Assembly: GCA_009103225.1 (NCBI GenBank)
Contig: RHPI01003488.1
Location: 325,448-389,447, forward strand
Length of the DNA stretch: 64,000 nucleotides
Direction: 5' to 3'
DNA from: Chlorokybus atmophyticus
Lineage: Eukaryota > Plantae > Mesostigma and Chlorokybus algae
Shown here: positions 53,272-64,000 of the stretch, in pieces
How positions within the stretch are numbered: the stretch's first letter is position 1
Layout: every line of letters starts with the position of its first letter
Notes under the pieces: generated by a model
What the model was told of the DNA's origin: nothing
Database searches by the model: none
What the model saw: only the letters and a program-made list of their open reading frames with translations
Position numbers and translations under genes: made by a program

Positions 53272-56200
53272 GTGGCTAGCCTCAGGCGCCGAGCGATGAG
53301 CGCCGCGTACGCTGCCGCCAGGGCGGCGCTGCCGGCGGAGTCGTCGCTGGGGTCGCTGGGCAGGCCGGAGGGGAAACAGCGCCGGCAGCCGCAGCCGCAC
53401 GCTCAGAGTCGCGCAGCGTTCGCCGCAGTCGCCTCCCCATTAGGCAGGAACAGCAAGCATGTCCCGCCTCCGTCGGCTTCCTCTGTCGACGGGGTGCTGC
53501 CTGAGCTTGTTGGTGGCAGCAAGAATCAGGGCAATGCGCCGCTCGCCCGATTGGTTGCTATTCCGCAACGGGATAATGTTGATGTGACACCCAGCGCATT
53601 GGCTGCAGCCCTGCCGAGAGAGGAGGCTGCTCAGTTCGTCGTGCATGCGCTGTACGGTGTATTGAACGGTGGAGCTGTCAAAGACGTCACTCGCTTGGTG
53701 AGAATGTCGCCGCATATAGGCTGTTTTCCAAGTGAAGCGATAGTTGCAGTCGTGTGCCCTACCAGTGCGTCCTTGCATGTTGAGTTGTGGGCCGCAACAC
53801 GTCTTGAGCGCACACGTGAACGCTCTCAGTGAGTGACATGCACAGCTGCTCGTTGGCCTTTGAGTTGAACTTCAGCACAAGCTTTCATTCTGTGCAAGCT
53901 TTCATGAGCATGTCTAGTATTTCCGGTAAACAGGCCGTCCGCATCCAGCCCATTTTGCTGTCAAACTCTTTTGTGGAATGTTTGCACTTTGCCTGCACTT
54001 GGGGCAGCATTGTTTGCCATGCAATGGCAGCTCCAGTTGTGTGTGTGTGTTGTAGTGATCTTCATGATAAGTCGTAGTGGTGGCAAGCAGTGTCCTTAAT
54101 GGAATATGGCAGGTGCGAAAGATGGTTTCTGTCAAGGCAGGTGACCTTCAACTTTATATTCCAGCTCAAGACAAAAACCTTTTGTTCGGCGATCCCGCCT
54201 GGTTCCAAAACAAGCAACTGAGAGTGAGCTATCGCTGCACGGCTGGGGGCCCCGTCCAGTGTATGCAGGTTTCTGAAAGCGCTGAGATGCGGTTGGGCAT
54301 GTTGCGCCGGCCCATAGGTTATGCCACCAGCACAAGCACTGTTGGCAAGTCCAGCAGCAGCTTCCTTGGACAGGGTGTTGCCAGCCGCAAGGTACAGACA
54401 TACACCTTGCTATTGGCTGCAATTACTCTGTGGTTAGGAAACGATGCATGCAGCAACAGCTTCGTGCAGCCTTCGTGTTGCAGCGTTGAATGAAGTCTGA
54501 CATCAATGACAACTGGCATGCTTGCTGTGTTTTAGTTTTCAACTGCGGCAACTGGCAATGCATCCAATGGGGGAGACAGTGAACAGCCTCTGCGCGTAAG
54601 AGCGCAATCAGCAGCAGGTATGGGTTCATCGTGCTTCTAAAAGCGTATGTGCACAAGCGCGTAAACAGCTTGAAAATTGTCGCAGAACCTCTGGATCCAG
54701 GGCTATCCGTGGATGGGTTACTGGTTGGCCCCGCGGGTGGGGGTGGTGGCAGTGCAAACAGTTGGAATGCCTCGTCTGCGCATGGCAGTGATGACAGTTC
54801 ACGGAAAGGCAGGAAACACCGTACACAAGCCGCAGCTACCAACTCGTCAGCCTTGACTGAGCGCCAGCATTCCTTGATACATCCAACAGCAGATGTGCAC
54901 CCTGCTGCTGTCCTTGGCGAGGCAAGTCATGCACCAAAACCTTCTTAGCAATTATTGTCTCAAGCATAGCGGCTTGTTGCCTTTCCTAAATCTTGCGCAC
55001 ATGCAGGGCGTTGAGATTGGTGCATTTTGCACGGTTGGAAGGCATGTCAGGTTGGGAGCCGACTGCCGCTTGCATCCCAATAGTCATGTTGCCGGGGAAA
55101 CAGTGCTGGGAGCCCGCTGCGTAGTGCATACGTGAGTGTGTCTAGGTATTCGTCAGGTTGCTGCGCTAACATGAGGTCATACATGCAAAATCGTACGACT
55201 TGCATCATTAGCTCATTCACGGCGACGTTGCTGTGCGCAGAGGGGCTGTTGTAGGGGAAGATATTCCAGGAACTACAACCATTGGTGATGACAATCGCAT
55301 TGGACATCATGCTGTTGTAGGCATCCGCTGCCAGGATTTGAAGTACAAGGTGCTGGGGCCATTCTTGAGGCTGCATTACACAGTCTTTTGTCCTTTTGCA
55401 TAGAGCAACATTGCTACACATCCACATGCTGAACACAACGCTTATGGCAGGAGGGAGATAGGTGCTACCTGGAAATTGGGAACCGCAATGATATACGCGA
55501 GTATGCGAGCATCCACAGGTCATCACGCAATGACTTGAAAACGGTATGCTTGTTAGCTGTCATGGTTGAGATGGCTGTCAAGAATGTCACCAATTCAGCT
55601 CAAAGTGCTTATACTCTGCATGTGCAGATTATCGGAGACAGAAACCTGATCATGGGGACTTGTCACATTGCACACGATTGCCACCTTGGCAACTTCAACA
55701 TCATGGCAAATGCAACTTTGCTAGCTGGGCATGTTGTTATGGCGGTAAGTCGTGTGCTTGTAGCTGCCGGTACTACTCACGTTGTTGCTTTGCTTGAAAC
55801 TGACGCACAATACACAGGACCATGCGCACACCGGCGGTGCAGTTGCCGTTCATCAGTTCAGCCACGTTGGCTCATATGCATTCCTTGCTGGTGGTTCAAT
55901 GGTAAGCGCACAGCATGCTTGTGATGCGCATCACAAAGTAGCTTTCCAACACACATCACCGCAATGCAGGTGGATCGCGACGTGCCTGCCTTCATGATGG
56001 TGCAAGGCGATCGTGCAGACCTTCGAGGCCTGAATTTGGAAGGCATGCGGCGGGGTGGCTTTTCAGATGCTGAGGTAAAGAGAGTTTTTTTGGTCATTGT
56101 TGCGCTGATATTACAATTGCACACATAGTTGCTGAGCGCTGCCTCTTGCATTAGGTGCGCCTCATCCGGCGGGCATACGCGAAGCTCTTTATGAGCGCTG

Positions 56201-56450
56201 GTGCCACAGCTTCTGGCCTGGAGGAGCGCCTGAAGGCTCTGGTATTGAATGATACTTGCAAGTATATGCAAGGAGTCTCTGAGATAAGGTACGCTAACAT
56301 TGTGTCTTTCAGGAAGAGGATGAGGAGTTCAACCAGCCTGGGACTGCTGCCATGGCAATGATTGAGTCGGTACGGTCTTCATTCCACGGCAATCGCAGAG
56401 GCATCTGCAAGTTTAAACACTGGGCATCGACATCAACAGAGCCAGTCTAG
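53272..56450 (+). CDS. LpxA: Mitochondrial-type UDP-N-acetylglucosamine O-acyltransferase (LpxA) with an extra N-terminal lectin-like domain
   Basis: Hexapeptide repeats [15 protein letters not shown]|[11 protein letters not shown]; IRCQDLKYK; [11 protein letters not shown]; CHIAHDC; LAGHV; VHQF; GLNLEGMRR; C-terminal RRGICKF. Upstream exons 53272-53697, 54113-54391 and 54536-54617 join in frame to the exon at 54686. Confidence 0.92.
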
Positions 56451-57040
56451 AATTGCACAGGTTTGCATCCTGCCTGTTGGCTGTCAGGCAGCAGTCAATC
56501 AGTCCGTTGTTGGTTGCTGGCGCATTGCTGGCAGTTGCCGTTGTACCCCAGCACCCAAGCCTGCACGCTATCCAGATGACACAAGCATCTCAACCAAGAT
56601 CAGTAAGATACTCAGGCAGTAGGCATACTTTTGTAATGAAGGATTTATCCAGTACTTCCATGTAAAGGGCTTGATGCAAACGCAGTGTCGGATGTGCTAG
56701 TCAGCTGCGGTCCAGCTGAACCGAGGCACCAAGGGGAGGAGTGGGGGGATTAGGGTTGTTGCTGTTAGTGAATTCTTCTCCTGTAGCAGAAATATTGTCA
56801 AGTGCATATCAATCTATGAGACAGGGTTCCATTCAAACACACTATTGTGTGATTTGCAAACACTTCATAGTCAGTGCGCATTAGACTGTAGCCCAAACTG
56901 TGCGCTATGTGTGAGTACAGCAGGGGGTCAGCTCTGCAGTTTGCGCAACCTGGCCTTGGGTATACCTTCCGGCTTGCCATGCTGCACATTGACTTGTTTA
57001 ATAATAGCAATAATAGCAAAGACACCTCATCGTATAATAT

Positions 57041-60000
57041 CTACACTATATCTACACCACCAAGCGTCCTTTCTCGACACAACAACTCTGATGCTGGCGA
57101 CGACTCCACGCTGGCTGGACACGTCGGCTCATTGAACTCTGTGGCCCCGCCGGGACACTCTTGTGCGTCGGTACATTGCCGGAAACAATGCTGCTGTCCC
57201 GAAGCCCTGACAGATATACACAATTAGTTGATGGCATCAAACCAGATGGCACTAGGCAGCTTTGATTAAACAAGGAATGGCCACTACATCCACTACGAGT
57301 GATGACAACAACCACTTCAAGAACAGAAGGAGCAACATCGACAACTGTAGTATGAATAGCGATAACCACAACAACAACCACAACCACAACCACAACCACA
57401 ACCACGATAACAATGCAACTCACCTGCAGAAGCCAGGCATTGCAATGGGGAGTGGGTTGCTGTTTCCGCACTCGCAGAAGGTGCCGCGCGGGCAGTTGTC
57501 GCAGGGAATGCCCGTCTCGTTGAAGCAGCCCGCGACGCAGGGCTCCCCCAGCGTGATGACGCCGCTGTTGACCAGCTTCGTCAGCACGTCGTGCTCGGCC
57601 GCGTAGTCATGAATAGCCTTCTCACCTGCAGTCTTACTCGGTCACACACAGATACACATACATGAACAAGAATGCACACACATGCGCATACGCATAAGCA
57701 TGCGCACACACAGACTCGCACACACACACTCACGCACGCATGCACACCTGCGCGGATGCGCACGCAGACATGCATGCACATCCACTTTCCCAATTGCCCA
57801 CCTGTGACAGGCTCCTCGTCGTTGAAATAGTGGTGGCCGATGCCGAAGCCCGGCTGGAAATGGAAGCCGTAAAGCCGCACCGACGCGCACCGCTGCAGCG
57901 CCAAAAACACCGCGAAGAACCCGCCCGTTGGCAGCGTCCCGAGGTTTGACGACACATACCTGCAAAGGGAGGCCAATCATGATGTGAGTGCACGCATGCA
58001 CACACCACAACTCAAATTTCCACACACGTGCACAAACGACCGCATGAGTGAAAAACGAACTGCATGCATGCACACACAGACACACGCGCACACACCTTGA
58101 GAAATCAAAATCAAAGGCGTAGTGGCGGGCATCAGGGTTCTGCTGCTTGTACGCAGCATAGAGTCGGATCCCAGCCTGAGACTGCATCTGCTGTATCGTC
58201 ACTTCCTTCCCTTCCTGCAATGGTTGTTAATGTTTTTACTCAGTTCCACACAACACAACATCCGGTCTGCCTATTCTTCACAACATTCACCGCCACAACT
58301 TTTTCACCTGAAACCCCGCGTGCTGTGTGTTGACCAGCCTCATGGTGGTCTTCTTCCCAACATGCGTATCGTACCCTAGCGTTGGGGCGGCATTGAACCT
58401 GTGTGGTGAAAGTGTTGTTGAGGGTCAACATCTACTGCGACTCGTCAAACACACGGACCGCAATAAAAGCAAACACGTACATACACGCGCATGCAGGCAC
58501 AATACACACCTTATCACACAGTCGTGCGAGTCTATCTCTTCGCCCATGTCATACTTCAACAGCACTCCTGATGACCCAACAATCGCGCAGCGGTCAAACA
58601 GCTGGCCTGAAACAGCCATCAACCACTCAATCAATGAGTGCATTGAACACAACATTTTGGCGTGCGTTCGCGCGTGCATGCGTGTATGCGCACGTGTATG
58701 CGTGCGTGCAAGCATGCCGCTCTTACTGGCAAAGGCATCCACGTCGGGTGAGGCATCATAAAGCTCCTGTGAGACTGTCACGTTCACCGCTCGCCTCTTA
58801 CCACTCACCTGCGAGGATATAAACTCGTGAGAATTGTAAAATGTTGTGTTTTTTGTAATGCGTGCTGAGATTGCAGCTTCTAAGCTCTCACCTTGGGATT
58901 GGATGTGTACGTATAATTGAGTCCAGAATTGTTGAGGTAGTCCAGCCGCAGCTTGTTAACAGTGAAGTAGCCGTTGAAGTCAAGATACAACCCATCGTGC
59001 GAGGACACATGAGCTTCCTGCACACAGACAGACTGAATCTCCACACAGCACGCAGCACAGCGCTACACCAAATTGACGCGTGTACACACATGCGAAGGAG
59101 CATATATGCATACGCACTCGCATATAAGCGCGTGTACGCACACGCACACCCGCACACAGCTCATTCGTGTGCATACAGGCATGTGCCTGCGCATGCACAG
59201 AGGCACACACACATGTGCGCTCGTGCGCATACACAAGCCTGCGCGCGCGTACAGGAACACGCACGCGCACTCACACACCAACACATCTCTCTCTCTCTCT
59301 CTTACCTTGCACGTCTCTCCCCTCCACGCCCTTGCGCACACGCACTCCCCCTCCCTACAGAACCCGTGCGGCCTGCACTCCCTCTTCCCACACGTCTCAT
59401 CATCTCTCGCAGCCACGCGGAAGCCCGGTCTCGCGGTCACGCCGCGCTCGGGGTCGAAAGGGAGGGATGGGGAGGGGGAGGAGAAGAAGAGGGAGGCGAG
59501 GGTGGACCACCACGAGGAGGAGGAGGAGGACGAGGGGGAGGGGGAGGGGGAGGAGGACGGAGGAGTGCTGACGGAGAGAGGGTTGGTTATGTCATGGTTA
59601 CATGAAGGTGACTTGCACAAAGCATGGACAGGATGCTTGTGCAAGTGAGAAAGAAGGACTGCAGACCTCAAGTCATTGCATGCAGCGTGCATGTGTGCAT
59701 GCGCGTGTATACTGCATATGCAGTATCAGCGTGAAGCTACACTACACGTACTGAACTCGTACTATACGCTGTAATCTATTGCAATACAGAATGACACATG
59801 CACTGCATGCTTCATGCACAAGGTAAACCTTTATTCACAGCATGCTCTGCACACCACCCTTAGTCGTGCTGCATGAATGAGTTTGCAGTATCAAGTGCTG
59901 CTCCTCGCGCATCACCTTTGCACCACACAGCAACAAAACAACAAGTGTACACACACATACTACTATCACACCGTACCTGCTTGTGGCGGCTTCACTCAAA

Positions 60001-60770
60001 CCTTGCGCCGCATTCGATGGCGTGTACGCAGCTTCCAACACTGAAGGCGCATCGGCCGCTATCCGCAGTGGTGATGCGGATATTGACGGCCACGTTGTTG
60101 TTGTCTTGACCTTTTTGGGTTTGGGTTTGTTGTTTAGCTTGAGCACTTTGACGAAGCGGCCATTCTTCTTGCGGTAGAGCGAGTAGCGCGTGAGGCCGAG
60201 GAGGTCACCGCCCGCCCTCGCAAAATAGTACGGCTTCTTGCTGCTACTACTTGACAATGATGAAGAAGCAGAAGAACTAGAGGCATCCACATTCCCACTC
60301 TTGTGCACACGCTTCTTCGCTTTCTTCACCACCGGCACAGGTGATATCGGCTCCTGTTGCTGTATTTCGCTCTTCTCCTCCACACCAGCGGGCGATATCG
60401 CCGGCACAAGCCCAACATCAACACTCTGTTCAACATCATCACCAACATCATCACTAACACCCTCCCCACCACCTTCAATCACATCCCCATTTTCACCCAC
60501 ATCCCCAACATTATCATCCTCTACGAGTGTTCGTCTAGAGTCCACATCAATATCAGCATTTTCCCCCTTGCCCATGACATCAAGGTCCACATGTTGGGTG
60601 CCCGTGTCGGTGTTGGGGTCGAGGATTGCGTCGGCGATATCAGCGAGCTCACGTCGTAGTTGGATATCTGTCGCAGTGCGCTCGCCCTGGAACAGTCCCC
60701 CCACACTCATGCACAGCACAACAACAAGCAGAGAACCAAACGCCACCACGCGACGCCTCACGCCCCTCAT
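57041..60770 (-). CDS. GT29 sialyltransferase-like glycosyltransferase: type II anchor, acidic stem, EGF-like domain, Cys-rich tail
   Basis: Sialylmotif L CAIVGSSGVLLKYDMGEEIDSHDCVIR|FNAAPTLGYDTHVGKKTT; motif S PTGGFFAVFLALQRCASVRLYGF; motif III HHYF; motif VS HDYAAE; N-terminal TM VVAFGSLLVVVLCMSVGGLF; EGF-like CRPHGFCREGECVCARAWRGETC. Confidence 0.92.
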
Positions 60771-61499
60771 GGTGAGTTTGTTGGGGTGTGGGTGTGGGGA
60801 GTGGTATCGCCTTTTGGCATGTGATTGTTTGTTATCACTGTCTTGTCATTATGTAGAAGAGGAGGAGGAGGTACAGCATGTGCGCGTGTTGTCTCGCCCA
60901 CGATGGTCCTGCCATGTCCTCTAGCGTCTATGCAACGCGTCAGTACGCAACGCGATCCTTGTATTGTGTTCTTTGCTCGCCTGAAAAGCAGACCAGACAT
61001 GCTTTGAGATGCTTATCATACTCATGCAGCCGCGGAACAACTTTGCATCTGCAGCATCATGATACACGACAATCTGTACACCCTTGCAAGCAAGTAGGTA
61101 AGCACTGGTCAGATGCAGGACGTTGTTTCTGTGTTGGGAAGTCAATTGAACAAGTACTAATGAAAGAACTAGTAACGTTGTAGCATTCCCGTCGACATGT
61201 GTGAAAATGTGCGACATGTGTGACAAGTAATCACCTGCCTTGGACTTATAACCAGGGCAAGCAGGAGTACACCACAAGATGATGGATGCATGTGTTTGGA
61301 TGTGACTGTACGTTGCATACAAACAGTACATAGGTTTGATTGTACACCACGAGGTTTCACGGCAGCATACGACCGGCGTGTATGGCTGCAAACGGTGACA
61401 CGTGAGATACATTGTGCAAACTAATGTACAAATGTCCCATTCAAGAATACAGAGTGCAGTTTGAATCCCACCCAGTTCACACAACGCACAGAAGCCAAG

Positions 61500-62024
61500 C
61501 GCAACAGCTTGACAACTAACCACCTCACCTGCCTGTGTCAATGCAGCTCCACGCTCCTGGCCGCCGTCACCGATCTGCCCGTCATGCATTCGTAGCTCCT
61601 GTTTTCCGGGCAATTACTTTGCTATCATGTACACCGTCACAGCAAAGACCTTGACCCTTCCGCCGCCGCCGCCGCCGCCGCCGCTGCCGACTCGCCGATG
61701 TCGCTGCGTTACGCCGGTTGGCGGGGGTGGCGTAACCGGCGGCTGTGGTAACGGTAGGCTAGGTGAGTTCAGCGAAGGTAGGCCGATACGGCATAGGCTA
61801 CAACTTCTCGTACGGCGTGTCTGCCAGTCGGCGTAAGTGACGCGCTTGGAAACCCTAACTGGAGTCACGTGCGGCGAGGGGTGCGACGTGCGCCGACCGT
61901 CAACGAAACGCATAGAACATGCCTCGACAGGAACCCAGGTACCGCCCCCCGCTTTCATCACAGCCAAACATCTCATCCCATGGCTGTCGTAGGCTGCCAA
62001 CCGCCTGGTTGATGTCATGTCCAC
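61500..62024 (-). CDS. Possible first exons of an unknown gene
   Basis: GC-rich ORF 61614-62024 with a donor-like site after ..GGGRVK. No domain recognised. Confidence 0.25.
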
Positions 62025-63456
62025 AGAGAGAGAGAGATAGCATCATAGGCTATCAAGTATCGGTTTATGATAAACTTTACATATCTGCAATACTTGACAC
62101 TTGATAATTGGAATTTTATTATCAGCTATATGATGCATAATGAAATTTTTGCTCTCGACATTAAGCTTATGCTCATGGTCTTGCTGTAATTATCCAATCT
62201 CAGTAATATCAATGCGACGAAACAAACAAACATTTGCAATCAACAAATGAGTGCCCACATGAGTGCGCATATAATATGAATGCACATGCAAGACAAACGC
62301 ATGTTTCAGCACAATGCAATCGGTAGTCACGTATGACGACAATGCATGTTAACTGACGGGCACATGTTTATGATTATTAATATATGCATGCCTTCTTTTA
62401 ACATGTGTGCAATTACAGCAAAATGATCAATCATTGTAGGCAACACGAGATTCAAATTCTTGCAATTTTATATGTACCATATTATCTCATGAAACGGTAT
62501 TTATAGTTTAATCATTCGTGCTTTAGAAAGGGCTCTTTTAAATTACTGAGATAATCACCCAATTATGCACTGCCCCTGCGGATACAGCTAGGGCTGCCTG
62601 CTGTTACTTTTAGTCGACCATGCCTGCCGCCGTGACACTGCCTGTCACGCCTATACGGCTAGCAAAAGTCATTCCATGTCCATTATTTATGTAAGTAAGA
62701 AGAGACTAAGTGCGTTTTTCAGGTCATATGCAAGTGTGGTGCTTGTGGGGTGGCTCACATGGTCTTCTTTTGAGTCTATGCCATCAATGACGGCTAGCAT
62801 AGAGCTGGTCAATGCTGAAGGCTATGTGAGCCTGCCTCATAATTTTCTTGTGAATAAACTTATTTACTAGTATAAAGGAGGCCTAGTGGAGAGCGAGACA
62901 TAGTTTGCATATTTTCGCATATGTGTGCATATGTAGTGTGAGGTATGTGTGTGCATATGTTTGCATGCGTGTGCAAATGTACGCATATGCGCGCATGTGA
63001 GGTATGTACAACATGTATGCATGTGTATGCATACATGCGCATGTGTGCGTGTGTATATGAGTGCATATGCATGCATGTGCTGATGTCACCAGCCAAGGAC
63101 GTTCACAACGTTCAAGACTAAGGTGTGATCAGCCTAAGGACGTTCACAATGTGCGAGACTAATATGTGAAAGCCCCGAGGCAGAGGTTGAGGTTCGAGGC
63201 TGATGCCATTGTGTGTGGCAGCTCAGAGGCATGAATGACGGTCAACGCAGCCATGACAAGGCAAGAAGCCTTGGGTATGGGTGTTCTAGGTCGGCGAGTA
63301 GTATGGAGGAGTATATAAGAGTGTCCCAACAACTTGAAGTGTTGGGGCAAATGTTGAGGTGCATACTCTACTCTTGTGTGGGGTGCCCAGTTTGGTTGTT
63401 TAAGGGGCTCTCCCTCTCATCCCATGTGGGGTGTGATGTCCATGGCAACTCTGCAC

Positions 63457-63458
<2 letters not shown>

Positions 63459-63516
<58 letters not shown>
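63459..63516. repeat. (GT)29 microsatellite
   Basis: Read directly from the sequence. Confidence 0.95.
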
Positions 63517-63519
<3 letters not shown>

Positions 63520-63733
63520 GCTGAATGGAGAGGTGGGGCGTCCATATTCTTCTTCTGTAATGCGGTGATGTGACTTCCCTACAAGGTGCTGCATTGAAGG
63601 TCTTGATAGGGCTTCCATATGTAAGTTTTTGAGGTTGTGCGTAAGTATGCCAAGCTGACCACCAAGTTTGTGGGTGAGATCGTTCCAGTGCATGTCATGC
63701 ATTGTACATAACAGCATGAGTATAATATAAAAT

Positions 63734-63775
63734 CCCCCCCCCCCCNNNNNNNNNNNNNNNCCCCCCCCCCCCCCC
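63734..63775. other. Poly-C tract containing a 15-N assembly gap (63746-63760); single Ns also at 13891 and 35453
   Basis: Read directly from the sequence. Confidence 0.95.
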
Positions 63776-64000
63776 TTTCTTTGGAGTGTGCTTGATGGAT
63801 TGAAGTAGTTACATTACATATGTGATTATTTCTTGTAACCACTTGTTGTGAAGTGTTGCTGATATTTCAAGCCCCTCTATGTTTGCATATGATGATCGTT
63901 TGAACACAAATGAAATCTTGTGTTGAAGCCTTGTGACAAGCCTGGATAATCGTAAACTACCCAATATAGGATAGATGCTGATGTGCTACTAGGTTGGGCT

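Noticed and set aside
54860-56450. LpxA as bacterial contamination or recent horizontal transfer
   Set aside because: It has multiple GT-AG introns, a presequence-like N-terminus and the plant-type RRGICKF end.
61850-61858. aaaccctaa as a telomeric repeat or telo-box
   Set aside because: Single unit inside an ORF; no array.
62560-62870. CKCGACG and nearby Cys/His residues as a KDZ/CxC transposase fragment
   Set aside because: Frames are interrupted by stops and I cannot match a full motif.
68-63775. C15 at 68-82 and poly-C at 63734-63775 as ends of one giant element
   Set aside because: Same orientation, unrelated flanks beyond ttt, one tract is at an assembly gap, and ordinary genes lie between them.
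1-64000. The many 60-230-aa ORFs rich in C, V, H, M, T or antisense to real exons
   Set aside because: They are translations of RY tracts and microsatellites, or antisense shadows of GC-rich coding exons.

Overview
Intron-rich eukaryotic DNA, most likely a green alga. The plant-type LpxA, CLT, NUP43 and SWAP70-like genes suggest an early-diverging streptophyte or prasinophyte; this is inference only. Introns are short GT-AG introns and many contain alternating purine-pyrimidine tracts. Layout: 0.5-7.9 kb, a decayed Ty3/gypsy chromovirus whose gag is split by an inverted one-LTR mini-element of the same family; 10-11.7 kb, an unknown gene; 13-17.4 kb, a head-to-head pair of dsRNA-binding-domain paralogues; 18-25 kb, a SWAP70-like PH/coiled-coil gene and a coiled-coil/ARM gene; 26-39 kb, a decayed zone with an AT-rich island, a PhoD pseudogene whose halves are in swapped order, and unidentified exon relics; 39.5-61 kb, a dense block of CLT transporter, NUP43, two tandem aspartyl aminopeptidases, an LpxA with an unexpected lectin-like N-terminal domain, and an EGF-containing GT29 sialyltransferase-like gene. 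The best candidates for new biology are the lectin-like/LpxA fusion and the divergent dsRBD pair. All family calls come from motifs recognised by eye and all gene models are manual splice reconstructions. I found no rRNA, tRNA or CRISPR array.
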